Part shown: one piece after another, positions 54,076-63,937 of the stretch
Position numbering within the stretch: the first letter of the stretch is position 1
How the letters are laid out: each line of letters begins with the position of its first letter
Assembly (NCBI GenBank): GCA_017882505.1
Contig: JADGPJ010000004.1
Location: 2,582-66,581 of the forward strand
Source: Solirubrobacterales bacterium
GTDB lineage: Bacteria > Actinomycetota > Thermoleophilia > Solirubrobacterales > 70-9
Direction: 5' to 3'
Length of the DNA: 64,000 nucleotides
Made by a program: the position numbers and the translations under genes
Notes under the pieces: generated by a model
What the model was told of the DNA's origin: nothing
Databases searched by the model: none
The model's input: only the letters and a program-made list of their open reading frames with translations

Positions 54076-55197
54076 CTAGGACTCGCCGGCGGCCTCCAGG
54101 GCGGCAGACAGCTCCGCGGCGCGGCCGTGGACCTCGCCGTCGAGCTTGCGACGAAGCGCGGCCGCCAGGCCGCGTCCGAGAGCCGGACCGCGGTCCACGC
54201 CGGCGGCGATCAGGTCGGCGCCGTCGATCTCCAGCGTGATCAAGCGCCAGCGGTCGATGTACTCGTCCAGCCACTCCGCGCCCAACGCCCGGGCCAGCAC
54301 CAGCTCCACGGCGGCGCAGCCGCGGGCAAGCTCGACCGCCTCGGAGGGGCGCCGGGGACTCGCGGCGGCGAGGCTGACCTCGCGCCCCAACGGTCCCAGG
54401 GCGGCGGCGAGGACCGCGTCGGCCGACAGGGCCTCCCCCCTCCACCGGTCCATCGCCAGTACCGCCGCGGTCGCGACCGCCAGCTCGGAGCCGCCCTCGC
54501 GGAGCTCGATCAGGCCCCAGTCGGCGAGCAGCTCGAAGCCCCGCGGCGCGCTCTCTTCGCCGGCGAGCCGGGTCAGCTCGGCGCGGCGGCGGTCGGCGGA
54601 GACCGTCTCGAGATCGGTTGCCGGCAACAGCTCCGCGGTCTCCGGCGCCAGCTCGAAGCCGAACCGCGCCGCGTAGCGCGCCGCCCGGATCGCCCGGATC
54701 GGGTCGTCGCGGAAGGATCCGGGATGCAGGACCCGCAGCAGGCCACGCTCGAGATCCGCGCGTCCCTCGAAGAGGTCGATCAGGCCCGCGTCGCCGCCGA
54801 GGGGGATCGCCATCGCGTTGATCGTGAAGTCGCGCCGCCCGAGGTCGGCCTCGATGGCCGCGGCCGCGGCGACCGTCGGCAGCGCCCCGGGGCGCTCATA
54901 GGTCTCGGTACGAGCGCCGGCGATGTCGATCTCGTGGCTGTCGAGCTCGACCTTGACGGTGGCGAAGCGCTCGTGCTCGGCCAGCGTCTCCACGCCAAGC
55001 GCAGCCGCCAGCGCAGCGGGGTCACCGACGACGACGACGTCGATGTCCGCCCTGCCTCGACCCAACAGGAGGTCGCGGACAGCGCCGCCGACCAGGTAGA
55101 CGGGATCCTCGCCGGCGGCGGCGATCGCCTCCAGCTCCGGATAGACGCTGCGCAGCGCCTCGGCGAGGTTCTCTATCGGCATCCCGCGGCTCGGCAT
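54076..55197 (-). CDS. tRNA nucleotidyltransferase / poly(A) polymerase family protein (CCA-adding type, short)
   Basis: 373 aa. Head-domain motifs YLVGGAVRDLLLG, DIDVVV and RDFTINAMA. I see no HD domain. Confidence 0.8.
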   Translation of the reverse strand: MPSRGMPIENLAEALRSVYPELEAIAAAGEDPVYLVGGAVRDLLLGRGRADIDVVVVGDPAALAAALGVETLAEHERFATVKVELDSHEIDIAGARTETYERPGALPTVAAAAAIEADLGRRDFTINAMAIPLGGDAGLIDLFEGRADLERGLLRVLHPGSFRDDPIRAIRAARYAARFGFELAPETAELLPATDLETVSADRRRAELTRLAGEESAPRGFELLADWGLIELREGGSELAVATAAVLAMDRWRGEALSADAVLAAALGPLGREVSLAAASPRRPSEAVELARGCAAVELVLARALGAEWLDEYIDRWRLITLEIDGADLIAAGVDRGPALGRGLAAALRRKLDGEVHGRAAELSAALEAAGES

Positions 55198-55230
55198 CGG
55201 TCCCTTCTCCTACCATGATCGGCTCCGCGG

Positions 55231-56205
55231 ATGGCCAACCGGCAGACAGACGGGCCCGAAGGGCCAGACGCAAGAAGGGAGGCGCTGAACACGCGCCGCG
55301 CTGAGCGACGCCGCCAGATCCGGCGCCGGCGCCTGGTCGCCTCCGGCGTGATCATGGCCGCGGTCATCGCGGTGGTGGCCGTCATCGCCTTCGCCGGCGG
55401 CTCCGGCAGCGACCACGGCCTCACCCACCGAGCGGCGACAGATGTGACCGCCGGTGGGAAGAACGGCGGCTCGGCGGGCCAGGGAGCAAAGGGGTCGTCG
55501 TCGGGCAAGGTGCGCAACTCGAAGCCCCAGCCCGACTGGGAACCCCATGCCGGCCCGGTCCCGATCCTCGAGTACCACGTGCTCGGGACCCCGGAGGGGG
55601 AAGTGCCCTACCCGGAACTGTACGTATCTCGCCCGGACTTCCGCCACCAGCTGGAATGGCTCGACGGCCACGGCTACCAGGCGGTGACGCTCGAACAGGT
55701 CGAGGAAGCCTGGTACCACGGCGCCAGCCTGCCGTCAAAGCCGGTGGTCCTCTCCTTCGACGACGGCTACCGGCCGCAGTTCACCTTCGCCCTGCCACAG
55801 CTGCGGAAGCACGGCTGGGCCGGGGTGCTGAACCTGAAGGCGGAAGGCTCTGATCTCTACGGGAGCAACGTCAGGGCGATGGTCAACGCCGGCTGGGAGG
55901 TCGCCGCCCACACGATCCATCACCTCGACCTGACCGAACTCGGCGGCGAACAGCTGGCCGAAGAAGTCGCCGGCTCGCGAGAGATACTCCGTCGCGAATA
56001 CGGCGTCCCGGTGAAGAACTTCTGCTACCCCGCGGGGAGGTTCGACGACACCGTGATCGCCGCCGTCGAAGCTGCCGGCTACGTCGGCGCCACCACCGAG
56101 ATCCCCGGCTACGCCAACCGCGACGCCCCCTACGAACTGGCCCGCTTCGAGATCCTCGGCTCGAGCGGCGTCTCCGGCGTGGAAGAAGACCTGGCTTCCG
56201 GCTAG
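55231..56205 (+). CDS. Membrane-anchored polysaccharide deacetylase (NodB family)
   Basis: 324 aa. N-terminal TM, then NodB motifs LSFDDGY and HTIHH, plus FCYPAGRF. Confidence 0.85.
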   Translation: MANRQTDGPEGPDARREALNTRRAERRRQIRRRRLVASGVIMAAVIAVVAVIAFAGGSGSDHGLTHRAATDVTAGGKNGGSAGQGAKGSSSGKVRNSKPQPDWEPHAGPVPILEYHVLGTPEGEVPYPELYVSRPDFRHQLEWLDGHGYQAVTLEQVEEAWYHGASLPSKPVVLSFDDGYRPQFTFALPQLRKHGWAGVLNLKAEGSDLYGSNVRAMVNAGWEVAAHTIHHLDLTELGGEQLAEEVAGSREILRREYGVPVKNFCYPAGRFDDTVIAAVEAAGYVGATTEIPGYANRDAPYELARFEILGSSGVSGVEEDLASG

Positions 56206-57014
56206 AGGCGAACCGGGATGCCGTCGGCGGCGAGCCGTTCCTTCGCCTCGCGAACGCGGAAGGCGCCGTAGTGGAAGATCGATGCGCAGAGGACCGCATC
56301 GGCGCCACCGGCGGTGATCGCCTCGCTCAGGTGGGCGAGCTCGCCGGCCCCGCCGGAAGCGATCACCGGGACCGACACCGCATCCGCGACGGCTCGGGTG
56401 AGCGGGATGTCATAGCCATGATTCGTGCCGTCGCGGTCCATGCTGGTCAGCAGCACCTCCCCCGCCCCACGCTCGACCGCCTCCTTGGCCCAGCCGACCG
56501 CGTCGCGCCCCTCGATCAACTTGCGGCCGCCGTTGACGTAGACGCCCCAATCACTCTCGCCGAACCAACCCGGCGGAGCGGCGCAAGTCGGGGACGATCC
56601 GCCGGTGGTTGCGATCCGCTTGGCGTCGATCGCGATCACCACGCACTGGGTGCCGAAGTGGTCCGCCAGCTCGCTCAGCAGCTCCGGCCTGGCCAGCGCC
56701 GCCGAGTTGACCGAGACCTTGTCGGCCCCCGCGTCGAGGACCGCCTGGGCGTCGGCCACCGAGCGGATGCCGCCGCCGATGGTGAAAGGGATGAAGACGT
56801 TGTCGGCGGTGCGCCGGGCCAGCTCGACGATCGTCTCGCGCTTCTCGTGCGAGGCGGTGATGTCGAGGAAGATCAGCTCGTCGGCGCCCTCGGCGTCGTA
56901 GCGCTCGGCTAGCTCGACCGGATCGCCGGCGTCGCGCAGGCCGACGAAGTTGGTGCCCTTGACGACGCGCCCGGCGTCGACGTCGAGACAGGGGATGACT
57001 CGTTTCAGGACCAT
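56202..57014 (-). CDS. hisF: Imidazole glycerol phosphate synthase, cyclase subunit
   Basis: 270 aa. [15 protein letters not shown] and ASGGAG. There is a roughly 25-residue insertion ([22 protein letters not shown]) relative to what I expect. Confidence 0.93.
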   Translation of the reverse strand: MVLKRVIPCLDVDAGRVVKGTNFVGLRDAGDPVELAERYDAEGADELIFLDITASHEKRETIVELARRTADNVFIPFTIGGGIRSVADAQAVLDAGADKVSVNSAALARPELLSELADHFGTQCVVIAIDAKRIATTGGSSPTCAAPPGWFGESDWGVYVNGGRKLIEGRDAVGWAKEAVERGAGEVLLTSMDRDGTNHGYDIPLTRAVADAVSVPVIASGGAGELAHLSEAITAGGADAVLCASIFHYGAFRVREAKERLAADGIPVRL

Positions 57015-57018
57015 TCGT

Positions 57019-57741
57019 TCAGGCTAGGGCAGCGATGCCCTCGGCGACCGTGAAGCGGCGCTCGTAGAGGGCGCGGCCGACGATCGCTCCCTCGACGTTG
57101 GGCGCGGCGACGCGGGCGATCAGGTCGAGATCGGCGAGCGTGCCGACGCCGCCGGAGGCGATCACCCGCGCGTCGGTCGCCGCGGCGATTCGCCCGATCT
57201 CCCCCAGCGCCGGTCCCTCCATCGTCCCGTCGACCTCGATCGCCGTACAGAGGAAGCGGGCGGCTCCGCGCTTGCCCAGCTCGGCGACCGCGTCGGCGAC
57301 GTCGACGTCGCTCGTCTCGGTCCAGCCCGAGAGCGAGACCTTGCCGTCGCGAGCGTCGACCGAGACGACGATGCGATCGCCGTGCTCCGCCAGCGCCCGG
57401 TCGAGGAAGGCCGGGTCGCGCAGCGCCGCCGTTCCGATCACCGCCCGCTCGGCGCCCGCTTCGAGCAGCGCCGCGACCGACTCGGCGTCCCGCAGGCCCC
57501 CGCCGACCTGGATCGGGCACTCGACGGCGGCGGCGATCCGCCGTACCGCATCGAGGTTCCGCGGCTCGCCGGCCTTGGCGCCATCGAGGTCGACGACGTG
57601 GAGGAACTCCGCCCCTTCGCCGGCCCAGCGGCGGGCGGCGTCGACCGGGTCGGAGTCGTAGGCCGTCTCGCGCTCGTAGTCGCCCCGCAGCAGCCGTACC
57701 GCCTGGCCGCCGCGGATGTCGATCGCCGGGTAGAGGATCAC
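57019..57741 (-). CDS. hisA: Phosphoribosylformimino-5-aminoimidazole carboxamide ribotide isomerase (HisA/PriA)
   Basis: I chose GTG 57739-57741 ([17 protein letters not shown]). VVDLDGA, and GGVGTLADL. Confidence 0.9.
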   Translation of the reverse strand: MILYPAIDIRGGQAVRLLRGDYERETAYDSDPVDAARRWAGEGAEFLHVVDLDGAKAGEPRNLDAVRRIAAAVECPIQVGGGLRDAESVAALLEAGAERAVIGTAALRDPAFLDRALAEHGDRIVVSVDARDGKVSLSGWTETSDVDVADAVAELGKRGAARFLCTAIEVDGTMEGPALGEIGRIAAATDARVIASGGVGTLADLDLIARVAAPNVEGAIVGRALYERRFTVAEGIAALA

Positions 57742-57752
57742 GGCGGCGGCGC

Positions 57753-58379
57753 CTACGCCGGGACGGAGGCGCAGACCCCGGCGAAGTTGGAGAGCAGCCG
57801 CAGGCCGGCGGCGCTCGACTTCTCGGGGTGGAACTGGACGCCGAAGACGTTGTCGCGCTCCGCCGCGCAAGCGAAGCGAGCGCCGTAGGCGGCGCTGCCG
57901 AGCAGATCGTCGGCTCCCGGCCGTGGTGCGAAGGAGTGGACGAAGTAGAACGGCGTCTCGGAGTCGATTCCCTCGACCAGACGGGACCGGCGCTCCCAGC
58001 GCACCGGCGACCAGCCGATGTGCGGGACCTTGAGGCCGTCGGCGGCGAGCTCGTCGACACCGCCATCGAGCAGGCCGAGGCCGGCGGCGCCGCCGAGCTC
58101 CGTGGTCGACTCGAAGAGCAGCTGCAGTCCCAGGCAGATGCCGAGGATCGGCACGCCGGCGTCGCGGCGCTCGGCGATCAGCTCGTCGAGGCCGCGCTCG
58201 CGGATCCGCTCCATCGCCCGCGGAAAGGCGCCGACGCCGGGCAGGATCACCCCGTCGGCGGCGCGGACCTCGGTCGGATCGTCGCTGATCGTCGCGGTGG
58301 CGCCGACGTGCTCCAGCGCCTTCTCGACCGAGCGCAGGTTGCCCATCCCGTAGTCGAGGATCGCGATCCGGGAGCTCAT
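57753..58379 (-). CDS. hisH: Imidazole glycerol phosphate synthase, glutaminase subunit
   Basis: I chose ATG 58377-58379 ([17 protein letters not shown]). GICLGLQLL provides the catalytic Cys, and FHPEKS is present. ATGA overlap with the hisB stop. Confidence 0.92.
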   Translation of the reverse strand: MSSRIAILDYGMGNLRSVEKALEHVGATATISDDPTEVRAADGVILPGVGAFPRAMERIRERGLDELIAERRDAGVPILGICLGLQLLFESTTELGGAAGLGLLDGGVDELAADGLKVPHIGWSPVRWERRSRLVEGIDSETPFYFVHSFAPRPGADDLLGSAAYGARFACAAERDNVFGVQFHPEKSSAAGLRLLSNFAGVCASVPA

Positions 58380-58969
58380 TCGCTCAGCGTCCCCTTGGTC
58401 GAGGGCACGCCGCTCTCCTCTGGGTCGATCGAGACCGCCACGCGCAGGGCGCGGGCGAAGGCCTTGAAGCTGCCCTCGATCATGTGGTGGGCGTTGCTTC
58501 CGTAGCGAACCGATAGGTGCAGGGTCAGCTTGGCGCTGTTGGCGACGGCGCGGAAGAACTCCTCGGCGAGCTCGGTGTCGAAGCCGGCGATCGAGGTCGT
58601 CGGCAGGTCGGCGTCGAAGACGCAGAGCGGGCGCCCGGAGATGTCGATCGCGCACTCGGCCAGCGACTCGTCCATCGGCACCACGGCGGAGCCGTAGCGG
58701 CGGATCCCCGCCCGGTCGCCAAGGGCCTCGTCGAGCGCCTGCCCGAGGACGATGCCGACGTCCTCGACGGTGTGGTGGGCACCGGTCTCGAGGTCGCCAC
58801 TGGCCTCGACCTCGAGACCGAGGCGGCCGTGCCGCGCCAGCAGGTCGAGCATGTGGTCGAGGAAGCCAACTCCGGTCTCGGCGCTCGCCGCACCGCCGTC
58901 GAGGTCGAGCGAGAGCCGGACCTTGGTCTCGGCCGTCTGGCGCTCTCTGGTTGCCGTCCGAGTGCTCAT
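58376..58969 (-). CDS. hisB: Imidazoleglycerol-phosphate dehydratase
   Basis: 197 aa. [24 protein letters not shown] and NAHHMIEG. Confidence 0.93.
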   Translation of the reverse strand: MSTRTATRERQTAETKVRLSLDLDGGAASAETGVGFLDHMLDLLARHGRLGLEVEASGDLETGAHHTVEDVGIVLGQALDEALGDRAGIRRYGSAVVPMDESLAECAIDISGRPLCVFDADLPTTSIAGFDTELAEEFFRAVANSAKLTLHLSVRYGSNAHHMIEGSFKAFARALRVAVSIDPEESGVPSTKGTLSE

Positions 58970-60231
58970 CGCCTAATCATCGCTGACTCGCCGTGGACTG
59001 GGAAGCCCTCGGCGCGGGCGAGCGTCTCGGCGTGCGGCGCCAGCGCGGCGGCGGCGGCGGCGGCGATCTCGACGGTGGAGATCCGGCGGCGGAAGGCAGC
59101 GGGGCCCAGCGGACCGGTGAAGCGACCGGCGCCGCCCGTTGGCAGCACGTGGTTTGAGCCGGAGACGTAGTCGCCGAAGGCGGTCGCGCCGTAGCGGCCG
59201 GCGAAGACGCAGCCGGCGGTGGTGATCCGCTCCGCCAGGAGCGCCGCGTCCTCCTCGAAGAGCTGCAGGTGCTCGGGGGCGAAGGCGTTGGCGAGGTCCG
59301 CCGCGTCGCTGAGGTCCGGTACCGCGAGCAGCGCGAAGGGAGCGTCGGCGACTTCGGGTCGCGCCGCCGCGGCAATCTCGGTTGCGGCGGCGACCGCGTC
59401 GAGGATGTGATCCTCGACCGCGACCAGGACGAGGGGACTGTCGGCGCCGTGCTCGGCCTGGGCGCAGAGGTCCAGAGCCGCCCACTCGGGGTCGGTGTCG
59501 TGACCGGCGACCAGCATCAGCTCCGACGGCCCGGCGAGGGAGTCGATGCCGACGGTGCCGTAGACCGCCCGCTTCGCCTCGCGCACCCAGGCGTTGCCGG
59601 GGCCGGCGATGACGTCGACCGGCGCCACCGTCTCGGTCCCGTGGGCGAGCGCGAAGATCGCCTGAGCGCCGCCCATCGCGTAGATCTCCTCGACGTCGCA
59701 GAGCGCCGCGGCGGCGAGCACCAGCGGGTGCAGGCTGCCGTCGGGCCCGGGCGGCGAGGCGAGGGCGATGCGTTCGAGCCCCGCGACCCGCGCCGGGATC
59801 GCGCACATGAGGACGCTGGATGGGTAGGCGGCGCGGCCGCCGGGGGCGTAGATGCCCGCGGCGCCGACCGGGACCCAGCGCACGGTCACGGTCTGGCCCT
59901 GTGGCAGCTCGACGACCTCGCGCGAATCGCCGAGCTGCGCCTCGGCGACGGCGCGGACGTTGGCGGCGGCGATGTCGAGCGCCTCGCGCAGCGCCGGGTC
60001 GAGCTCGGCAAGCGCCGCCGTCGCCAGCTCGGGGTCCACCCGCAGCGCCTCCGGGGCATTCTCGGTGGCGTCGAACCGGGCGGTGAGGCGCAGCACCGCC
60101 TCGTCGCCGAGCTCGATCACGTCGCGCTCGATCGGGGCGACGTCGACCGGCACCGCCGACTCCGCCGCCCAGGCGCGGATCGCGGCGGCGGTCTCGACGG
60201 CTCCGCCCCATTCGAAGCGGCGGGTCCTCAT
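58966..60231 (-). CDS. hisD: Histidinol dehydrogenase
   Basis: I chose ATG 60229-60231, which forms an ATGA overlap with the hisG stop. [30 protein letters not shown] and SGSNHVLPT. Confidence 0.92.
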   Translation of the reverse strand: MRTRRFEWGGAVETAAAIRAWAAESAVPVDVAPIERDVIELGDEAVLRLTARFDATENAPEALRVDPELATAALAELDPALREALDIAAANVRAVAEAQLGDSREVVELPQGQTVTVRWVPVGAAGIYAPGGRAAYPSSVLMCAIPARVAGLERIALASPPGPDGSLHPLVLAAAALCDVEEIYAMGGAQAIFALAHGTETVAPVDVIAGPGNAWVREAKRAVYGTVGIDSLAGPSELMLVAGHDTDPEWAALDLCAQAEHGADSPLVLVAVEDHILDAVAAATEIAAAARPEVADAPFALLAVPDLSDAADLANAFAPEHLQLFEEDAALLAERITTAGCVFAGRYGATAFGDYVSGSNHVLPTGGAGRFTGPLGPAAFRRRISTVEIAAAAAAALAPHAETLARAEGFPVHGESAMIRR

Positions 60232-60905
60232 CCCGCGCTCGCCTCTCTCAGCTTCGCCGTCAACTCGTCGACCTCGGTCGCCCGCAGCTTGTGGGCGACC
60301 CGGTTGGCGACGAAGCGGGCGGTGCACTCGAAAATCTCCTCGCGGACCTCGAGGTCGTTCTCTTCCAGCGTGCGCCCGGTGGCGACGAGGTCGACGATGC
60401 CGTCGCCGAGCCCGATCAGCGGCGCCAGCTCGACCGACCCCTTGACCTCGATCATTTCGATCTGGCGGCCGGTGGCCTCGAAGTAGCGCTCGGCGATCCG
60501 TGGGTACTTGGTCGCGATCCGCATCATCCCCAGGCGCCGCTGGGACTCCCCCATGCGGGCGTCCCCCCGGCGGCCGGCGAGGACCATCCGGCAGCGGCCG
60601 TAGCCGAGGTCGAGGAGCTCGTAGACGGCGCGGTCGGCCTGCTCCAGCAGCACGTCCTTGCCGGTGATGCCGACGTCGGCGGCGCCGGCCTCGACGTAGG
60701 TCGGGACGTCGGAGGGCCGCATCGTCACCAGGGTGATCCCCTCGGTCTCGAAGATCAGGGAGCGCGAGTCCCCGCGAGCGCCGGAGGTGTCGACGCCGGC
60801 GGCGTCGAGGATGTCGAGCGTCTCGGTGAAGAGAGCGCCGCGCGGGACCGCCAGCTTCAGCGGCCCGTCGGCCTTGGCGCGGATCCCGGCGACCTCGAAG
60901 CTCAC
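60228..60905 (-). CDS. hisG: ATP phosphoribosyltransferase, short (HisZ-dependent) form
   Basis: The GTG start at 60903-60905 overlaps the hisZ TGA (GTGA). LKLAVPRGAL, DVGITGKD and DLVATGRTL. Confidence 0.88.
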   Translation of the reverse strand: MSFEVAGIRAKADGPLKLAVPRGALFTETLDILDAAGVDTSGARGDSRSLIFETEGITLVTMRPSDVPTYVEAGAADVGITGKDVLLEQADRAVYELLDLGYGRCRMVLAGRRGDARMGESQRRLGMMRIATKYPRIAERYFEATGRQIEMIEVKGSVELAPLIGLGDGIVDLVATGRTLEENDLEVREEIFECTARFVANRVAHKLRATEVDELTAKLREASAG

Positions 60906-61900
60906 GAGGACCCCTTCTCCCGCCGTGACTCCTCCTCCATCTGGGCGACGTGGACGCGCTCCAGGTAGAGGGCGAATCCGGCCGCCGGCTGGTCGACGCC
61001 GAAGCGCTTCATCAGGTCGTCGTAGCGACCGCCGCCGCCGAGGATGTGGCCGAGGGCCGGGTCGTAGACCTCGAGGATGGCGCCGCTGTAATAGCCGAGG
61101 TCGCGCAGCAACCCGAGGTCGATCTGGACCCGGTCGGCGACCCCGCGCTCCTCCAGCGCGTCGTAGGTCTCCTGAAGGCGCGCGGTCGCCCGCCCGACGG
61201 CACCGCCGAGGAGACCGCGGGCCCGCTCCAAGACCTCGCTGCCCCCGCGCAGCTGCGAGAGGGCGACGCAGGTGGCGCACTGCTCGTCGCTGATTCCCTC
61301 CACCTCGCCCAGCTCTTCCTCGAGGCCGACCAGGTCGTGCGTGGCGAGGCGGGCGAGGATCGAGTCCCGCGCCCCGCCCTCGACCCCGAACTCCGTCAGC
61401 AGCTGGCGGTAGAGGTCGGAGTCTCCGAGGCCGATCACGGCGCGGTCCAGCCCGGCGGCGTCGAGGGCGGCCTCCAGCACCTCGATCACCTCGACCGTCC
61501 CCGCCGGCGCCGGCGCGCCGATCAGCTCGACCCCGGCCTGGACGAACTCGCGCATCTGGCCGCGCTGCGGGCGCACCGCCCGGAAGGCGCTGGCGAGGTA
61601 ACAGAGCCGCAGCGGCATCTCCGCCTCGGCGAAACGGGTCGAGACCAGGCGGGCGATCGGCACCGTCATATCCGAGCGCAGCGCCAGCAGGTCGCCGCTC
61701 TCGTCGAAGAATCGGTAGGCGCCGGCGGCGGCGCGGCCATCACCGCGGGCCAGTACCTCGTCGTACTCGATCGCCGGCGTTGCCACCTCGCCGTAGCCGC
61801 GAGCTTCGAAAACGTCGATCAGGGCGCGGTTGAGGCGTCGCAGCTCCCGCATCTCGTCGGGGAGCACGTCGCGGGTTCCTGGTGGAATCGGGTGGATCAT
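60902..61900 (-). CDS. hisZ: ATP phosphoribosyltransferase regulatory subunit
   Basis: 332 aa. HisRS-like catalytic-core paralog (PPGTRDVLP, FRAVRPQRGQMREFVQAGVELIG) with no anticodon-binding domain. It lies directly upstream of the short hisG. Confidence 0.85.
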   Translation of the reverse strand: MIHPIPPGTRDVLPDEMRELRRLNRALIDVFEARGYGEVATPAIEYDEVLARGDGRAAAGAYRFFDESGDLLALRSDMTVPIARLVSTRFAEAEMPLRLCYLASAFRAVRPQRGQMREFVQAGVELIGAPAPAGTVEVIEVLEAALDAAGLDRAVIGLGDSDLYRQLLTEFGVEGGARDSILARLATHDLVGLEEELGEVEGISDEQCATCVALSQLRGGSEVLERARGLLGGAVGRATARLQETYDALEERGVADRVQIDLGLLRDLGYYSGAILEVYDPALGHILGGGGRYDDLMKRFGVDQPAAGFALYLERVHVAQMEEESRREKGSS

Positions 61901-61936
61901 CCGGCTGACCTTACGAGAACGAGAAGAAAAGCCCTG

Positions 61937-63232
61937 CTAAGCAGGTCCCTCGGCAGATACCCGTTCAATCCGGGCGCCGAGCGCACGCAGGCGATCGTCG
62001 ATCTGCTCGTAGCCGCGGTCGATCTGGCGGATATTGCCGATCTCCGAGGTGCCGTCGGCCGCCAGTGCGGCGATGAGCATCGCCATCCCGGCACGGATGT
62101 CGGGGCTCTCGACGCGCTCGCCGTGAAGCCGGCTCGGACCGCTGACGATCGCCCGGTGGGGATCGCACAGCGTGATCCGAGCGCCCATCGCGACCAGCTT
62201 GTCGACGAAGAAGAGGCGGTTCTCGAACATCTTCTCGAAGATCAGGATGTCGCCCTTGGCCTGGGTCGCCAAGGCCAGGGCGATCGAGGTGAGGTCGGCT
62301 GGGAATGCGGGCCACGGGCCGTCCTCGATCTTCGGGATCGCGTCGCCGAGGTCCGATTCGACCTCGAGGGTCTGGCCCGGCGGGACGATCACGTCGGGGC
62401 CCTCGACATCGGAACGCAGACCGAGGCGGCGGAACTGGCGCCTGACCATGGTCAGATCGGCGGGCTCGACGTCGCGGATCCGCACCTCCCCCCCGGTCGC
62501 CGCGGCAAGCGCCATGAAGCTGCCGACCTCGATGTGATCGGGAGAGATCGCGTGAACGGCGCCGCCGAGCTTGTCGCGGCCGTTGACCGTCATCACGTTG
62601 GAGCCGATCCCCTCGATGCGGGCGCCCATCTTCGAAAGCAGCCGGGCGAGGTCCTGAACGTGGGGCTCGGAGGCGGCGTTGGAGATCCGCGTCGCGCCGG
62701 GGGTGAGAGCAGCCGCCATCAGCGCGTTCTCGGTGCCCATCACCGACGGCTCGTCCATGAAGATCTCGCAGGCGCGGAGGCCACCCGGGGCGGTGAGCTC
62801 GACCCAGCGCTCGCCGGCGACCTGGGCGCCGAGATCCTTGAAGGCGTCGAGGTGGGCGTCGAGGCGACGCCGGCCGATGAAATCTCCGCCCGGGGGGGGC
62901 ATGCTCGCCTCCCCGAAGCGCGCGAGCAGGGGGCCCGCGAGTAGGAACGAGGCGCGGATCTGACTCGAGAGGTCCTCGTCGACGGATGAATCGGAGACGG
63001 CGCGGGCGCAGAGGCGGACGCTGTTGTCCGCCACCCAGGCGACCTCGACACCGAGCTGCTCGAGCAGCGCGATCTGGGCCTCGGTGTCGCGGATCCGCGG
63101 CACCCGGTGCAGCAGCAGCTCCTCCTCCGTCAACAGGCAGGCGGCGAGGATCGGCAGGGCTGCGTTCTTGTTGCCGGCGACGGTCAGCTCTCCGGAGAGA
63201 GGCGCGCCGCCCTGAATTACGAATTTCTCCAT
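61937..63232 (-). CDS. murA: UDP-N-acetylglucosamine 1-carboxyvinyltransferase
   Basis: I chose ATG 63230-63232 (MEKFVIQGGAPLSGELTVAGNKNAALPIL). Note Asp instead of Cys in the PPGGDFIGRRRLD loop. This is consistent with what I recall of fosfomycin-insensitive MurA from mycobacteria, but it was not checked. Confidence 0.93.
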   Translation of the reverse strand: MEKFVIQGGAPLSGELTVAGNKNAALPILAACLLTEEELLLHRVPRIRDTEAQIALLEQLGVEVAWVADNSVRLCARAVSDSSVDEDLSSQIRASFLLAGPLLARFGEASMPPPGGDFIGRRRLDAHLDAFKDLGAQVAGERWVELTAPGGLRACEIFMDEPSVMGTENALMAAALTPGATRISNAASEPHVQDLARLLSKMGARIEGIGSNVMTVNGRDKLGGAVHAISPDHIEVGSFMALAAATGGEVRIRDVEPADLTMVRRQFRRLGLRSDVEGPDVIVPPGQTLEVESDLGDAIPKIEDGPWPAFPADLTSIALALATQAKGDILIFEKMFENRLFFVDKLVAMGARITLCDPHRAIVSGPSRLHGERVESPDIRAGMAMLIAALAADGTSEIGNIRQIDRGYEQIDDRLRALGARIERVSAEGPA

Positions 63233-63498
63233 GGCTGCGGCCAGCCTAACGACCGGACTTGCCAAGACACCCCCCGACGTTCTAGGATCCACCGGACTCG
63301 GCGACGCGGGGCGTGGCAGCAGACCACGGCGAAGCTCCAGGGACACGCCGGTCCACAGCGCTTCTGGGGTTCGCAGCGCTACTGGCAACCAGTAGCGCTG
63401 CGGCGCGCACGGCGTTGCAGAGCCAAATCTGGCCCGACAATGCAAGGTCCTTTGCAGCAACGAGTAGCCGTCCGAGGGCCCCCGTACCTTACGAACCC

Positions 63499-63699
63499 AT
63501 GTTCGATTACAAGCAAACGCTCACGGAACGGCTGACCGACGCCGTCGATCTCTTGATCGACTTCGCCACCCTCGGCGAGTACGGGCTGGAGCCCGCTGGG
63601 AGAACTGCGCCGAGCTGCGAGACCCGCCGCCGCACCGCCCCACCCGGGACGACTTCGCGGCGGCGGGACGCCGATCGCGGCTACGCGGCCCGCTCCTAG
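63499..63699 (+). CDS. Possible small hypothetical ORF (66 aa), low confidence
   Basis: ATG 63499. The N-terminal 32 aa look protein-like (MFDYKQTLTERLTDAVDLLIDFATLGEYGLEP) and the rest is Arg/Pro/Thr-rich. GC3 is high throughout. It may be a remnant. Confidence 0.3.
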   Translation: MFDYKQTLTERLTDAVDLLIDFATLGEYGLEPAGRTAPSCETRRRTAPPGTTSRRRDADRGYAARS

Positions 63700-63716
63700 G
63701 TGCCCGGAAACGACGA

Positions 63717-63738
63717 GAGCCGCCCCATCGGGGCGGCT
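63717..63738 (-). terminator. Hairpin 15 nt downstream of the 5S rRNA 3' end (rrn operon terminator candidate)
   Basis: The cgcccc-atc-ggggcg stem is extended by gag/ctc across a 1-nt bulge. On the minus strand it is followed by ucgucguuucc. Confidence 0.4.
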
Positions 63739-63753
63739 CGTAGTCAAGGAAGA

Positions 63754-63868
63754 ACCGGCGGCGACCTACTCTCCCAGGGGGTTGCCCCCCAAGTACCATC
63801 GGCGCTGAAAGGCTTAACTGCTCTGTTCGGAATGGGAAGAGGTGTCTCCCTTTCGCTATGTGCCACCG
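63754..63868 (-). rRNA. rrf: 5S ribosomal RNA
   Basis: The reverse complement reads CCGGTGGCACATAGCGAAAGGGAGACACCTCTTCCCATTCCGAACAGAGCAGTTAAGCCTTTCAGCGCCGATGGTACTTGGGGGGCAACCCCCTGGGAGAGTAGGTCGCCGCCGG. This carries the universal CCCATTCCGAAC, GCGCCGATGGTACT and GGGAGAGTAGG blocks, and the termini pair. Confidence 0.9.
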
Positions 63869-63937
63869 GAATTTTGCGAGACAGCCCCGGTGGAGCTTGA
63901 AAACCGCACAAGGCCTCAAAAGGTAAGTAATCGAAAT

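Noticed and set aside
61937-63232. MurA active-site loop has Asp (PPGGDFIGRRR) instead of the fosfomycin-target Cys. I considered this as a novelty.
   Set aside because: As far as I recall, Cys-to-Asp MurA is a well-known natural variant, for example in mycobacteria and other actinobacteria. It is noted in the feature evidence only.
63490-63520. GTTCGATT, resembling a tRNA T-loop, near 63500. I also considered tRNA genes downstream of the 5S gene.
   Set aside because: No flanking 5-bp T-stem complementarity and no acceptor or anticodon arms could be built. The sequence is the start of the small ORF (ATG TTC GAT TAC).
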